A program made the translations under genes and the position numbers. This document shows, in pieces, positions 36,906 to 45,095 of a stretch of 57,531 bases of DNA (within the stretch, counting starts at the first letter, position 1; each line of letters starts with the position of its first letter). Under the pieces are notes generated by a model. That model saw nothing but the letters and a program-made list of their open reading frames with translations, had not been told where the DNA came from and did no database searches. The stretch comes from a virus (taxonomy: Duplodnaviria > Caudoviricetes). The stretch is from IMG/VR virus record IMGVR_UViG_3300027777_000042, positions 1 to 57,531 of that record; one strand, written 5' to 3'.

Positions 36906-38130
36906 CAAAGTGCTTATTCTTGCGCCATTAAGACCAACATATGCTGTTTGGCCTGAAGAAATCAATAAGTGGGATAACTTTAATGATTTAACTATTAGTA
37001 TTTTGCATGGGCCAAATAAAGATCATCGACATGGTGATAAGTCTTTTATCCATGTTATTAATTTTGAAGGTCTACAATGGTTAGCTAAAAAGAATCATTT
37101 CCCATATGATGCTTTAATTGTTGATGAAATAAGCTATTTAAAAAATACTAGAACAGAACGGTTTAAAGCACTTTCACCAATGCTAAATAACTTTAAGCGT
37201 AGATTCGGTTTAACTGGTTCACCTGCACCAAACAGTCTAATGGATGTGTTTGGACCACAATTAGTTATTGACCGTGGTGCAACATTTGGTAAGTACATTA
37301 CACATTTTAGAACAGCATATTTCCATCCAACTGGATACGGTGGCTATGAATGGGCGTTAAAGGTAAATGCCGATAAAGAAATATATGAAAAACTTGCAAA
37401 TAAAGTTTTACGTATGAAAGCAGAAGACTATCTTGACATGCCTGAGCTAATTACAAATAAAGTCCATGTAACTTTACCTGCAAAAATAAAAGTTATGTAT
37501 AAACAATTAGAAGATAAATTGCTATTGGATATTAATGACAATAAAGTTACAGCATCCACGGCTGCAGTTGCCGTCGGAAAATGTCAGCAAATAGCTAATG
37601 GTGCAATTTATCTAGATGGTGAAGATAAAGACATACAAATTTTACATGATGAAAAAATAAACGCAGTTTTAGAACTTATTGAAGGTATGAATGGCAAACC
37701 ATGTTTAATTGGTTATCATTTTAGACATGATTTAATTAGATTACAAAAAGCTTTTCCTAATGCACCATTTATTGGATCAGGTATTACAGGAAAAGAAATG
37801 CAAACAATTATTGATGATTGGAATCAGGGTAAACATCCAGTTTTACTAGCACATCCGCAAAGTGCTGGTCACGGATTAAACCTACAAGGTTCTGGTCATG
37901 CAGTTATATGGTTTAGCAATACTTGGTCCTTGGAAATCTATGAACAGTTTATCCGACGTTTATGGCGCCAAGGACAGAGGAATAACATAATTGTTCATCA
38001 AGTTATTGCTAAAGATACTATTGATGAAGCTATCGTTGCAGCCACAAGCCGTAAAGATAAATCGCAACAAGCTTTGATGAATGCCATTAAAGACTATGCG
38101 AATAGAGAAACTATTTTAGAAATAAGTTAA
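36757..38130 (+). CDS. SNF2-family helicase
   Basis: PHPYQ, DPGLGKT, IVDEIS, LTGSP, GHGLNLQ, RLWRQGQ. Confidence 0.9.
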   Translation: MYWNPHPYQMKAVQFLVENGSGQLWLDPGLGKTSITLQALKILRAAKAINKVLILAPLRPTYAVWPEEINKWDNFNDLTISILHGPNKDHRHGDKSFIHVINFEGLQWLAKKNHFPYDALIVDEISYLKNTRTERFKALSPMLNNFKRRFGLTGSPAPNSLMDVFGPQLVIDRGATFGKYITHFRTAYFHPTGYGGYEWALKVNADKEIYEKLANKVLRMKAEDYLDMPELITNKVHVTLPAKIKVMYKQLEDKLLLDINDNKVTASTAAVAVGKCQQIANGAIYLDGEDKDIQILHDEKINAVLELIEGMNGKPCLIGYHFRHDLIRLQKAFPNAPFIGSGITGKEMQTIIDDWNQGKHPVLLAHPQSAGHGLNLQGSGHAVIWFSNTWSLEIYEQFIRRLWRQGQRNNIIVHQVIAKDTIDEAIVAATSRKDKSQQALMNAIKDYANRETILEIS

Positions 38131-38219
38131 GTAAACTGTTTACTTACATCAAAAACATGTTATAATTAAACTGTTTACTCAAGTAAACGCTTAACTTTCT
38201 AAACTTCAAAGGAACTAAA
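38128..38219 (+). promoter_or_regulatory. Promoter with two GTTTAC/GTAAAC palindromes and TTAACTTT leader, driving the NDT-HD-ThyX operon
   Basis: TAAGTAAAC-T-GTTTACTTA over the -35; TTTACT-N16-TATAAT (TGnTATAAT); GTTTACT-CA-AGTAAAC; CTTAACTTTCT; AAGGA. Confidence 0.7.
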
Positions 38220-38498
38220 ATGGTAATTACTACAAGATCAATCATAAAATCAGCTATGGCAATCGATGAATTAGCTTACACACTGGATAATATTTCCGCT
38301 GATGATAAAAAGAACATCGAAGATTATACAGATTCAGAAATCTTGCATGAAGCTAATTACGTTTTAAGTTTGTTTATTTCCCCACATGAATCACATTGGA
38401 ATGCAGAAGATTTGCGTGGCGAAAATGGTTTAACCCAGCAAAAGTGGGCTAAAGCACAAGTTCGCAAACTTCAATCATTCATCAAAAAATATAGTTAA
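38220..38498 (+). CDS. Hypothetical protein
   Basis: 92 aa, first gene behind the promoter. Confidence 0.6.
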   Translation: MVITTRSIIKSAMAIDELAYTLDNISADDKKNIEDYTDSEILHEANYVLSLFISPHESHWNAEDLRGENGLTQQKWAKAQVRKLQSFIKKYS

Positions 38499-38504
38499 AC
38501 AACT

Positions 38505-38518
38505 GCCCCTTCGGGGGT
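38505..38518 (+). other. UUCG-tetraloop hairpin between genes
   Basis: GCCCC-TTCG-GGGGT, no U-tract. Confidence 0.4.
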
Positions 38519-38533
38519 TCAAAGGAAACAATC

Positions 38534-38995
38534 ATGAAACCCATAAGTCGACAACCTCGTGTTTATATTGCAAGTCCATTCTTTAATCCGTATGAAGTAT
38601 CTATCATAGAACAAATTAAAGATGTACTAGCTAAAAATGCATTAACATTTTTCAGCCCTAAGGATGATATGTTATACAACCCGGACACAATGAAACCTGC
38701 TGATGTGTTAAAGGTTAACATTGATGCATTGTACTCAACTGATTTAACTGTTTGTGTCACCGATGGAAAAGATCCTGGTACATTATTTGAAGCAGGTTGG
38801 TGTTATGCTCAAGGTGTACCTATTATTTATGTGTGGCTAACCGGTAAAAAAGATCAAAAGTTTAATTTAGTCCTTGCTGCATCTGGTGCAGTTGTCCGCT
38901 CAATTAACCAATTGGATATAGCCATTAAAGAAATCAAGCAGTCAGGTGCATTTGAACTTAAAGTATGGGATGATAAGGAGATTAAGTATGAGTAA
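38534..38995 (+). CDS. Nucleoside 2-deoxyribosyltransferase / nucleotide N-glycosidase family protein
   Basis: VYIASPFF, FSP, DGKDPGTLFEAG (catalytic Glu), NLVL motifs. Confidence 0.85.
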   Translation: MKPISRQPRVYIASPFFNPYEVSIIEQIKDVLAKNALTFFSPKDDMLYNPDTMKPADVLKVNIDALYSTDLTVCVTDGKDPGTLFEAGWCYAQGVPIIYVWLTGKKDQKFNLVLAASGAVVRSINQLDIAIKEIKQSGAFELKVWDDKEIKYE

Positions 38996-39155
38996 GACCA
39001 AACAAGAAGTCAGGGATGAAATCAATGAATTGTATGGCGCAATAATGGCATTAGGTACAGCTATGCAGCATATACATGACTTGCAGACAGAAAAAACAAA
39101 ACAAATGTTTGCATTAAATCAAATGATTAAAGATATGAAAGATCATGATGAATGA
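38988..39155 (+). CDS. Small coiled-coil protein (start corrected to MSKTKQ)
   Basis: AAGGAG RBS before the ATG at 38988. Confidence 0.55.
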   Translation: MSKTKQEVRDEINELYGAIMALGTAMQHIHDLQTEKTKQMFALNQMIKDMKDHDE

Positions 39156-39660
39156 ACAGTATGAAAAGTTCTTCATGGATAGTTATACATTAGAGCACAC
39201 AAAGCGGTACAGTATGAAACCTGTACTGCTACAAGAAAGTGTGGCAACACATAGTTATTTTGTGGCTTTAGCTGTATTACTACTCCGTAATGACTATAAG
39301 TTTGACGTGGATAAGGCAATTAAGATTGCTTTGTGCCATGACTTACCTGAGATGTATATATCTGATGTAAACCATATGGTCAAGAAGCAGTTTCCTAATG
39401 TTGCTAAAGCATTAAAAGAAGCTGAAGAACAAATTGCCAATGATATGCCATGGCATGTTTCAATGTGGATTAGGGAATATAACTCAGACACACCAGAAGC
39501 CTTGGCAGTACATTATGCTGATGCACTACAATGTAAGCAATATGCTGACAATGAAATTCAACTGGGGAACCAGGGATACATGACTGATGTGTACCGTAAT
39601 AGTTGTAGAAGACTATACGAACTTGAGCAAAAACTTAAACCTTATAAGGTGGTTCCATGA
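39145..39660 (+). CDS. HD-domain phosphohydrolase (YfbR/DatZ-like)
   Basis: KRY...ESVATHS...LCHDLPE...SDV...ADAL. Confidence 0.85.
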   Translation: MMNEQYEKFFMDSYTLEHTKRYSMKPVLLQESVATHSYFVALAVLLLRNDYKFDVDKAIKIALCHDLPEMYISDVNHMVKKQFPNVAKALKEAEEQIANDMPWHVSMWIREYNSDTPEALAVHYADALQCKQYADNEIQLGNQGYMTDVYRNSCRRLYELEQKLKPYKVVP

Positions 39661-40082
39661 CAACGACAGATCAAATTTTACAACAGAGAGGCGCAATTTA
39701 CGGTGATTTTTTTGAAGGGATAACATTGGAATCAAACGTTCTTAATGAAATATGTGTTAGGTATGAATCACATCATGGTGAATCATTACCTATGGAGTAC
39801 TATTTATTCTTTTCAAAGATCGTTATGAAATTATCTAGGCTGGCCATCACACCAGACCATATAGATAGTTGGGTAGATATTGCAGGTTATGCAAGGTTAG
39901 TAGAAATTCATTTAACAACACTTCAAGGGGAAAATAATGCCAAAAGTCAACAAAGATCAGATGCCGAATCTACAGAAGATGCACACGGAGATCAAATTTC
40001 ACAAGAAACCGGATCCGATAAACTTCATGAACCAACTAGAAAATATCAACGTAAAGATAGTGGGAGCACCATCGATACCTGA
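39657..40082 (+). CDS. DUF6378-like protein (putative all-alpha dNTP diphosphohydrolase relative)
   Basis: ILQQRGAIYGDF...KLSRL...HIDSWVDIAGYARL. Confidence 0.7.
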   Translation: MTTTDQILQQRGAIYGDFFEGITLESNVLNEICVRYESHHGESLPMEYYLFFSKIVMKLSRLAITPDHIDSWVDIAGYARLVEIHLTTLQGENNAKSQQRSDAESTEDAHGDQISQETGSDKLHEPTRKYQRKDSGSTIDT

Positions 40083-40860
40083 ATTTAGAAAGATTATTGC
40101 AGTATTCTTAATGAATACATGGAATGATAAACTTCAGTACACATTTGCCGAAGAAGATATTGACCAAACTATTGATGAATTGTTTAGGTTTGAATTGCTA
40201 CCAACTGCAATGGAAACCATTAATATTACATGGACAGTTAATGGCATGGATATGGTAGATACCACCCATTTAATTCGCCATAGACTATTTAGCTTTTCAG
40301 CTCAAGTCTGTAGTGATAGAGATATGCGTGATGACAATGTGATGGTTAAACCTTCAATCATGGCTAATAAGGATTTCTATGAACGTTACCAAAGCATTAC
40401 TAATGCAGCTCGTGATCTTTATATGGATATGCTTGATAGCGGTGAAGTCCATGGCCTTGATGCTCGCACTATTATGCCTAGGAATTTTGAACATTTTTAT
40501 ATGGTTCGCTGTACTATTAAAGATCTTATGGGATACTGCATTATGCGTGGTGATGAACAAATCCAAACCACGGTAGATAATGTCATTGCAATGAAGTTAT
40601 GGCTTGAAGTATTGAAGATCTATCCATTCCTTAAAGGATTAGTGGACTTCAGAAAACCAGATGCTTTCTATCAAAAACAATGTGGTAAAGGTAAAACAAA
40701 TATATTCCCACCAAACGCAAAGAATGACAACTTTAACTGGTGTGAAGAACAATTTGTTTACAAACGGCCTAGAGATGAATTTCCAGGCAGTGATTCTTAC
40801 TTACAAATCCGTGAGTTTTTATTAGCACAAATGGATGCTATTGAAAAGAGATACGTATGA
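39937..40860 (+). CDS. thyX: Divergent ThyX-fold flavin-dependent enzyme
   Basis: THLIRHRLFSFS, LYMDMLDSG...ARTIMP, MRGDEQIQ; signature Ser displaced and N-terminal His motif altered. Confidence 0.75.
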   Translation: MPKVNKDQMPNLQKMHTEIKFHKKPDPINFMNQLENINVKIVGAPSIPEFRKIIAVFLMNTWNDKLQYTFAEEDIDQTIDELFRFELLPTAMETINITWTVNGMDMVDTTHLIRHRLFSFSAQVCSDRDMRDDNVMVKPSIMANKDFYERYQSITNAARDLYMDMLDSGEVHGLDARTIMPRNFEHFYMVRCTIKDLMGYCIMRGDEQIQTTVDNVIAMKLWLEVLKIYPFLKGLVDFRKPDAFYQKQCGKGKTNIFPPNAKNDNFNWCEEQFVYKRPRDEFPGSDSYLQIREFLLAQMDAIEKRYV

Positions 40861-41105
40861 AACGATGGTATGAATGTGAAAAGAAGCTTAAAACGTTTAA
40901 GCAACGTGAACGTAGAAGACTCTTCCATGAGTTCAAACGTCAATATGCAGAAAACTGGGCTGATGTCACACTTCATCCATTGTATGACGTAGTAGTCAAT
41001 TTAAAAAGACAAATGGAAGTTGCTGAATTTTATGATATGCATAAACAGTCACTTAACAGAAGTGTGAAAGTCTATAAACAATATTTAGAAAGTATATATG
41101 GATGA
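40857..41105 (+). CDS. Hypothetical basic protein
   Basis: 82 aa, ATGA-coupled to the thyX-like gene. Confidence 0.55.
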   Translation: MKRWYECEKKLKTFKQRERRRLFHEFKRQYAENWADVTLHPLYDVVVNLKRQMEVAEFYDMHKQSLNRSVKVYKQYLESIYG

Positions 41106-41250
41106 AGCAATAATCAAAAAAACTTACAATGACTGGGTGGAATTACTTAAGCGTTCAAACAATGAAGATATGCTTAATGATCCATATTCCATATGGTATG
41201 AAGCATTTCATGTGGCAACTATCTTAATCGAAAGAAAAAATGACGCCTAA
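41098..41250 (+). CDS. 50-aa hypothetical protein (not in ORF track)
   Basis: MDEAIIKKTYNDWVELLKRS...ERKNDA fills the gap and overlaps both neighbours. Confidence 0.55.
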   Translation: MDEAIIKKTYNDWVELLKRSNNEDMLNDPYSIWYEAFHVATILIERKNDA

Positions 41251-41920
41251 GATAGGTATCTTTACACCATTACATGGTAGACCTGATTTTGCTAGAATGG
41301 TGGCAATGCAGTTTGCATTTCAGACTGTATTGCCAACACATGTAGCATTTTATCAAAATGGCCCATTTGAAAATTATCAATGGGCTATCAATGATCTTAA
41401 ATTGCCATACCGATATGACTGGATTTACAATGGCACAACTGATAAACATCAAGAAAATTGGTATGGTATACCATTAAAAATGCTGCTTAGTTATGATTGC
41501 GATTATTATTTTTGGTGCGACCAAGATGATATCTATCAGTCAGATCATATTTCAAATAGTATAGCAGACTTAATTCTTAATGATGCAGATATTGTGCTAA
41601 ATAGCTTAGGTGGCTTATTAAAAGTAAATAGCAAAAACTTTACTTATGAAGTAACTAGATTCAAAGCGCATGACCCAGATGGTATTAGCTCATCTATGGC
41701 ATTTAATAAACGGTTTGCTAAAGAGTTGTACATTGACTTGTATAAAAATTTAGATACTGTGGCTCATTTTTGGGCTGATAATGTGGTAAGCCGAGAAACT
41801 ATGCCTAAGTTTAAAGTGTATCGTAATCCTACAAGGCATACAGTAACGTATCTATGCCATAACGGAACTACTTCATCGGCACATTGGTTAGAAGATTTAC
41901 CGCCAGTAAAAACTAATTAG
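41240..41920 (+). CDS. GT-A (family 2-like) glycosyltransferase
   Basis: KIGIFTPLHGRP, YFWCDQDDIY (DxDD), WAD, terminal H motif. Confidence 0.7.
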   Translation: MTPKIGIFTPLHGRPDFARMVAMQFAFQTVLPTHVAFYQNGPFENYQWAINDLKLPYRYDWIYNGTTDKHQENWYGIPLKMLLSYDCDYYFWCDQDDIYQSDHISNSIADLILNDADIVLNSLGGLLKVNSKNFTYEVTRFKAHDPDGISSSMAFNKRFAKELYIDLYKNLDTVAHFWADNVVSRETMPKFKVYRNPTRHTVTYLCHNGTTSSAHWLEDLPPVKTN

Positions 41921-43188
41921 CGTGATTTAGGCAATGGGCTGTTATCTTCCCATTCACTGGGTTGATTGCCTTTATAAATATCATATGCTATACCAGGAAT
42001 AGTTGCTAATGCACCTACACCTCTTACTGCAGCATTTGGTGCCATCATTCCAGCACCACCTAATGCACCTAATGCATGAACTGCCATTGGCCCATATCTA
42101 CCTTGGTCAAATTCATTTTTAGCTTGTGCACCAAAATAGCCTGAAATACTTCCACCTGCAGGTGGCGCAAATTTACCTAGCATTCTGCCAAGTCTTGCTA
42201 TATTGCCTTCAGCTTTAGCTTGTTTAGCCATTTCTTCGGCTTTAACTTTTTCACCTTCAGCTAATGCTTGTTGTCTTGAAACAGCTTCATCATGTTGTCG
42301 ACTATAAGGGCCTGCTTTAGCTAGTTTATCATGTTCAGCTCTAAGTTCTTTTAACTTGGCTTCTGACTCAGCAACTTTTTGTTGTGCATCTAAATAAGCT
42401 TTTTTGGCTGCTTCTTGTGAAGGTGTAAATGGCACATCACGGTTAGGCTCAATAATGCCTGCACGATTTACTCTAAATTTAGCACCTTCAGAACCTTTTA
42501 GCCCTTGACCTTCAAATTCTTTATTGCCTTGTTGCATGCGGTAATTTCTTGCTGCTTCAGCAACTGATTTACCACCAGGACCCATACTACCAGTTGAACC
42601 TGTTGTACCTGTGCTAGGATTTTCAATAGCCCATTTATCACCGGTGTCTAATGATAATGGCATAGCATTTAATTGCTTTGCAGCTTGTGTTGCATTAGCT
42701 AAATTACCCACATGTTGCTCATGCATTTGACCAGTGGTTTGCATTGCTTGTTGTAATGAAGATAACTGATTAGTGTGTGCTAACTGTCTTTTTACAAGGT
42801 CAGCCATCATTGCTTGTGCGGATGCTGATTGTCCTGCAGCAGAAGTATTGGCACTAATAACATCTGGAGGTGTAACTGCTTTAGGCAATGGCATGGCATA
42901 CCCAGCACCAGCTCCAATACCTGCACCAATAATGCCGTACTTAGAAGGATCAAGCGGTTGATTTTGCACTGGTGCTTGTTGCACAGGTGGTGATGGCGGT
43001 TGTAACTGCATTCCTGCAGGCGGATTAGCTAAATTACCATTAGCACCACCAGATATCATTGCATTCTGATCTTGTACATTTTGTGCAGGTTGCATTTCAC
43101 CAAGCACAGGATGTATATCCCCAAGTGTTGCACTAGGATTTAAAAATGGATCAATTGCAGGCTGTTGTGGAGTCATTGGTTGTACCAT
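41917..43188 (-). CDS. Putative internal virion/ejection protein
   Basis: A/Q/G-rich, coiled coil, glycine-zipper hydrophobic segments; last gene of the late arm. Confidence 0.5.
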   Translation of the reverse strand: MVQPMTPQQPAIDPFLNPSATLGDIHPVLGEMQPAQNVQDQNAMISGGANGNLANPPAGMQLQPPSPPVQQAPVQNQPLDPSKYGIIGAGIGAGAGYAMPLPKAVTPPDVISANTSAAGQSASAQAMMADLVKRQLAHTNQLSSLQQAMQTTGQMHEQHVGNLANATQAAKQLNAMPLSLDTGDKWAIENPSTGTTGSTGSMGPGGKSVAEAARNYRMQQGNKEFEGQGLKGSEGAKFRVNRAGIIEPNRDVPFTPSQEAAKKAYLDAQQKVAESEAKLKELRAEHDKLAKAGPYSRQHDEAVSRQQALAEGEKVKAEEMAKQAKAEGNIARLGRMLGKFAPPAGGSISGYFGAQAKNEFDQGRYGPMAVHALGALGGAGMMAPNAAVRGVGALATIPGIAYDIYKGNQPSEWEDNSPLPKSR

Positions 43189-43191
43189 AGA

Positions 43192-45087
43192 TCACCTTTG
43201 TCCGCTAAGTTGGCGATAAAACTTATTATAGTTTTCTGTAATTGTATTATAAGGTGAGTTATCATCTGTAAAAAAATGATGTGCACCTAGTTTAGGGTTG
43301 CTTGCATAAGGCTTATAAGCATTAAACATAGATAACTTTGCATTGTTATACAACAAATGTTTTGCAGCCCATTCTTGAACTACAGATGCAGGATCTTTTT
43401 CTGAAGCCATTGGTGTTTTATACAAACGATCTTCAAAGTTTGTAGGATTACTACCCAATACTTTTCCACGTTCTGCAATACTTGCAAGATAGATATTACC
43501 TAAATTACGCTGCACAGTTCTTAAATCTTTTAACTGTTGTTCATTTAAGTTACCATATTCTGCAAATGTCTGCACAGGCAAACTGATGGGAAACCTACCA
43601 ACTTTTGCACCTTCATCCATGGCATGTTTAAGACCTGCCCACCAAGAACCTGAACCTAAAATATTGAAAACACTAGGATTAGTCTTGGCTATCTTTAGCA
43701 CTTCTTCAATTTCATCATTCTGATTTTTAATAACACCAGGTGTTGATGCATACAATTCACTAACATGTGCTTTCCAATTCTTATCATTTTCAGTAATACG
43801 GTCAGAGATCACTTTGTTTTGTGTTGCAAGGGGTAAACCTTCAAGATCAGATGCTTGATTCCCTAGCATTGCAGCAGGTGCACCAGCAGGCATGTTAGTA
43901 GGTAATGGGCCTTTGTTCGGGGCACTTACTTGTGGCGTAGTTTGTTGCTGTGGTTGCGCAAATGAAAGAATAGATTGAGGATCAATTGCTTTACCATTGT
44001 GCTGTATTCCAAACTCAACATGTGGCCCAGTGACCTTCCCTGTGGCCCCTAGAGTACCAATTGGTTGGTTAACCCCTATAACATCACCAAGTTTTACAGT
44101 AGCATCTTTCAGATGTGCATAGTAAGATGTTGATCCATCAGCATGCTTAACTTCTACACGATTGCCATAACCACCTACAGGGCCTACTGAAGAGACTGTT
44201 CCCGGGATAATTGCATTAACAGGTGAACCTTCTTTACCTGCAATATCAATACCACTATGGAATTCTTTAGTCTTGTTATCAAATGGATTTAATCTTTCAC
44301 CAAATGGACTAGATATTCTGCCATTTGCAACAGGTAAAGGCACAGATGCTGTAGTTACAGGCTTATTAGTATTACCTTGCATTAAAGATGGATCAATATA
44401 GCTGTTCAACATGCTTACCACACCAGGGCCTTGTTCAGAAATTAACTTAGCGATGTCAAATCCAAATTTACCTTTGTTAATGTTTTGTCCTAATTCAGAT
44501 GCCGCAACTTCACGTTCTTTTAAAGGTAATTCTTTAGTGAGTTTGTAGTTTCTGTCTATTTCACCTTGTCTAATTTTTTCACGTTCAACTGCAGCAGTTC
44601 CTGCTTTAAATACTGTCTCGCCTAAGCTTTTATCCAATGAGCCAATCATCATCATTTTTTCAGGCGTTAATTTTGCAAATGCACTTGCTGGCATATCACC
44701 TGACTCAATTGCTGATTGTATTTGCACAGGATCTGTTGTGCCTAATTCAGGGCCCATTAAACCCCCTAGCATCTTTAATGCTTTAGCCTTATTAGACACT
44801 TCATATTGTTGACCAGCCAACTGGGCGGTCATTAAAGCCCGTTGTGGCGCAAGTGATTCTTCAGCGGCTTGTTGTCTACCAAGTTCTGTTGCTGTTCTAC
44901 CAATGGCTTCACCAGCACTTCCAGTTTTGCCTGGGTCAAATAACTGACCTGCTAGTGCAAAGTAATTAGGCTGAACTCTTTGTGTTAATGCAGATAAAGC
45001 ATTCTTAATTGCTGCATTGTATGATTCTGTTGCAGTGTCATCACCGCCTGCAACAATTGGTATAGAAGAAGATGTTGGAAGTGCCAT
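43192..45087 (-). CDS. Internal virion protein with M23 (LytM-like) peptidase domain
   Basis: ISSPFGER...FHSGIDI...GYGN...YAHL...TGPHVEF. Confidence 0.75.
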   Translation of the reverse strand: MALPTSSSIPIVAGGDDTATESYNAAIKNALSALTQRVQPNYFALAGQLFDPGKTGSAGEAIGRTATELGRQQAAEESLAPQRALMTAQLAGQQYEVSNKAKALKMLGGLMGPELGTTDPVQIQSAIESGDMPASAFAKLTPEKMMMIGSLDKSLGETVFKAGTAAVEREKIRQGEIDRNYKLTKELPLKEREVAASELGQNINKGKFGFDIAKLISEQGPGVVSMLNSYIDPSLMQGNTNKPVTTASVPLPVANGRISSPFGERLNPFDNKTKEFHSGIDIAGKEGSPVNAIIPGTVSSVGPVGGYGNRVEVKHADGSTSYYAHLKDATVKLGDVIGVNQPIGTLGATGKVTGPHVEFGIQHNGKAIDPQSILSFAQPQQQTTPQVSAPNKGPLPTNMPAGAPAAMLGNQASDLEGLPLATQNKVISDRITENDKNWKAHVSELYASTPGVIKNQNDEIEEVLKIAKTNPSVFNILGSGSWWAGLKHAMDEGAKVGRFPISLPVQTFAEYGNLNEQQLKDLRTVQRNLGNIYLASIAERGKVLGSNPTNFEDRLYKTPMASEKDPASVVQEWAAKHLLYNNAKLSMFNAYKPYASNPKLGAHHFFTDDNSPYNTITENYNKFYRQLSGQR

Positions 45088-45095
45088 ATTTACCC

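Noticed and set aside
30227-39660. 2-aminoadenine (Z) genome
   Set aside because: HD, MazG-like and PolA genes fit, but no PurA/PurZ homologue is present in a nearly complete genome.
41917-41920. Bidirectional terminator at the convergence of the two arms
   Set aside because: The stop codons overlap directly and no convincing hairpin was found.
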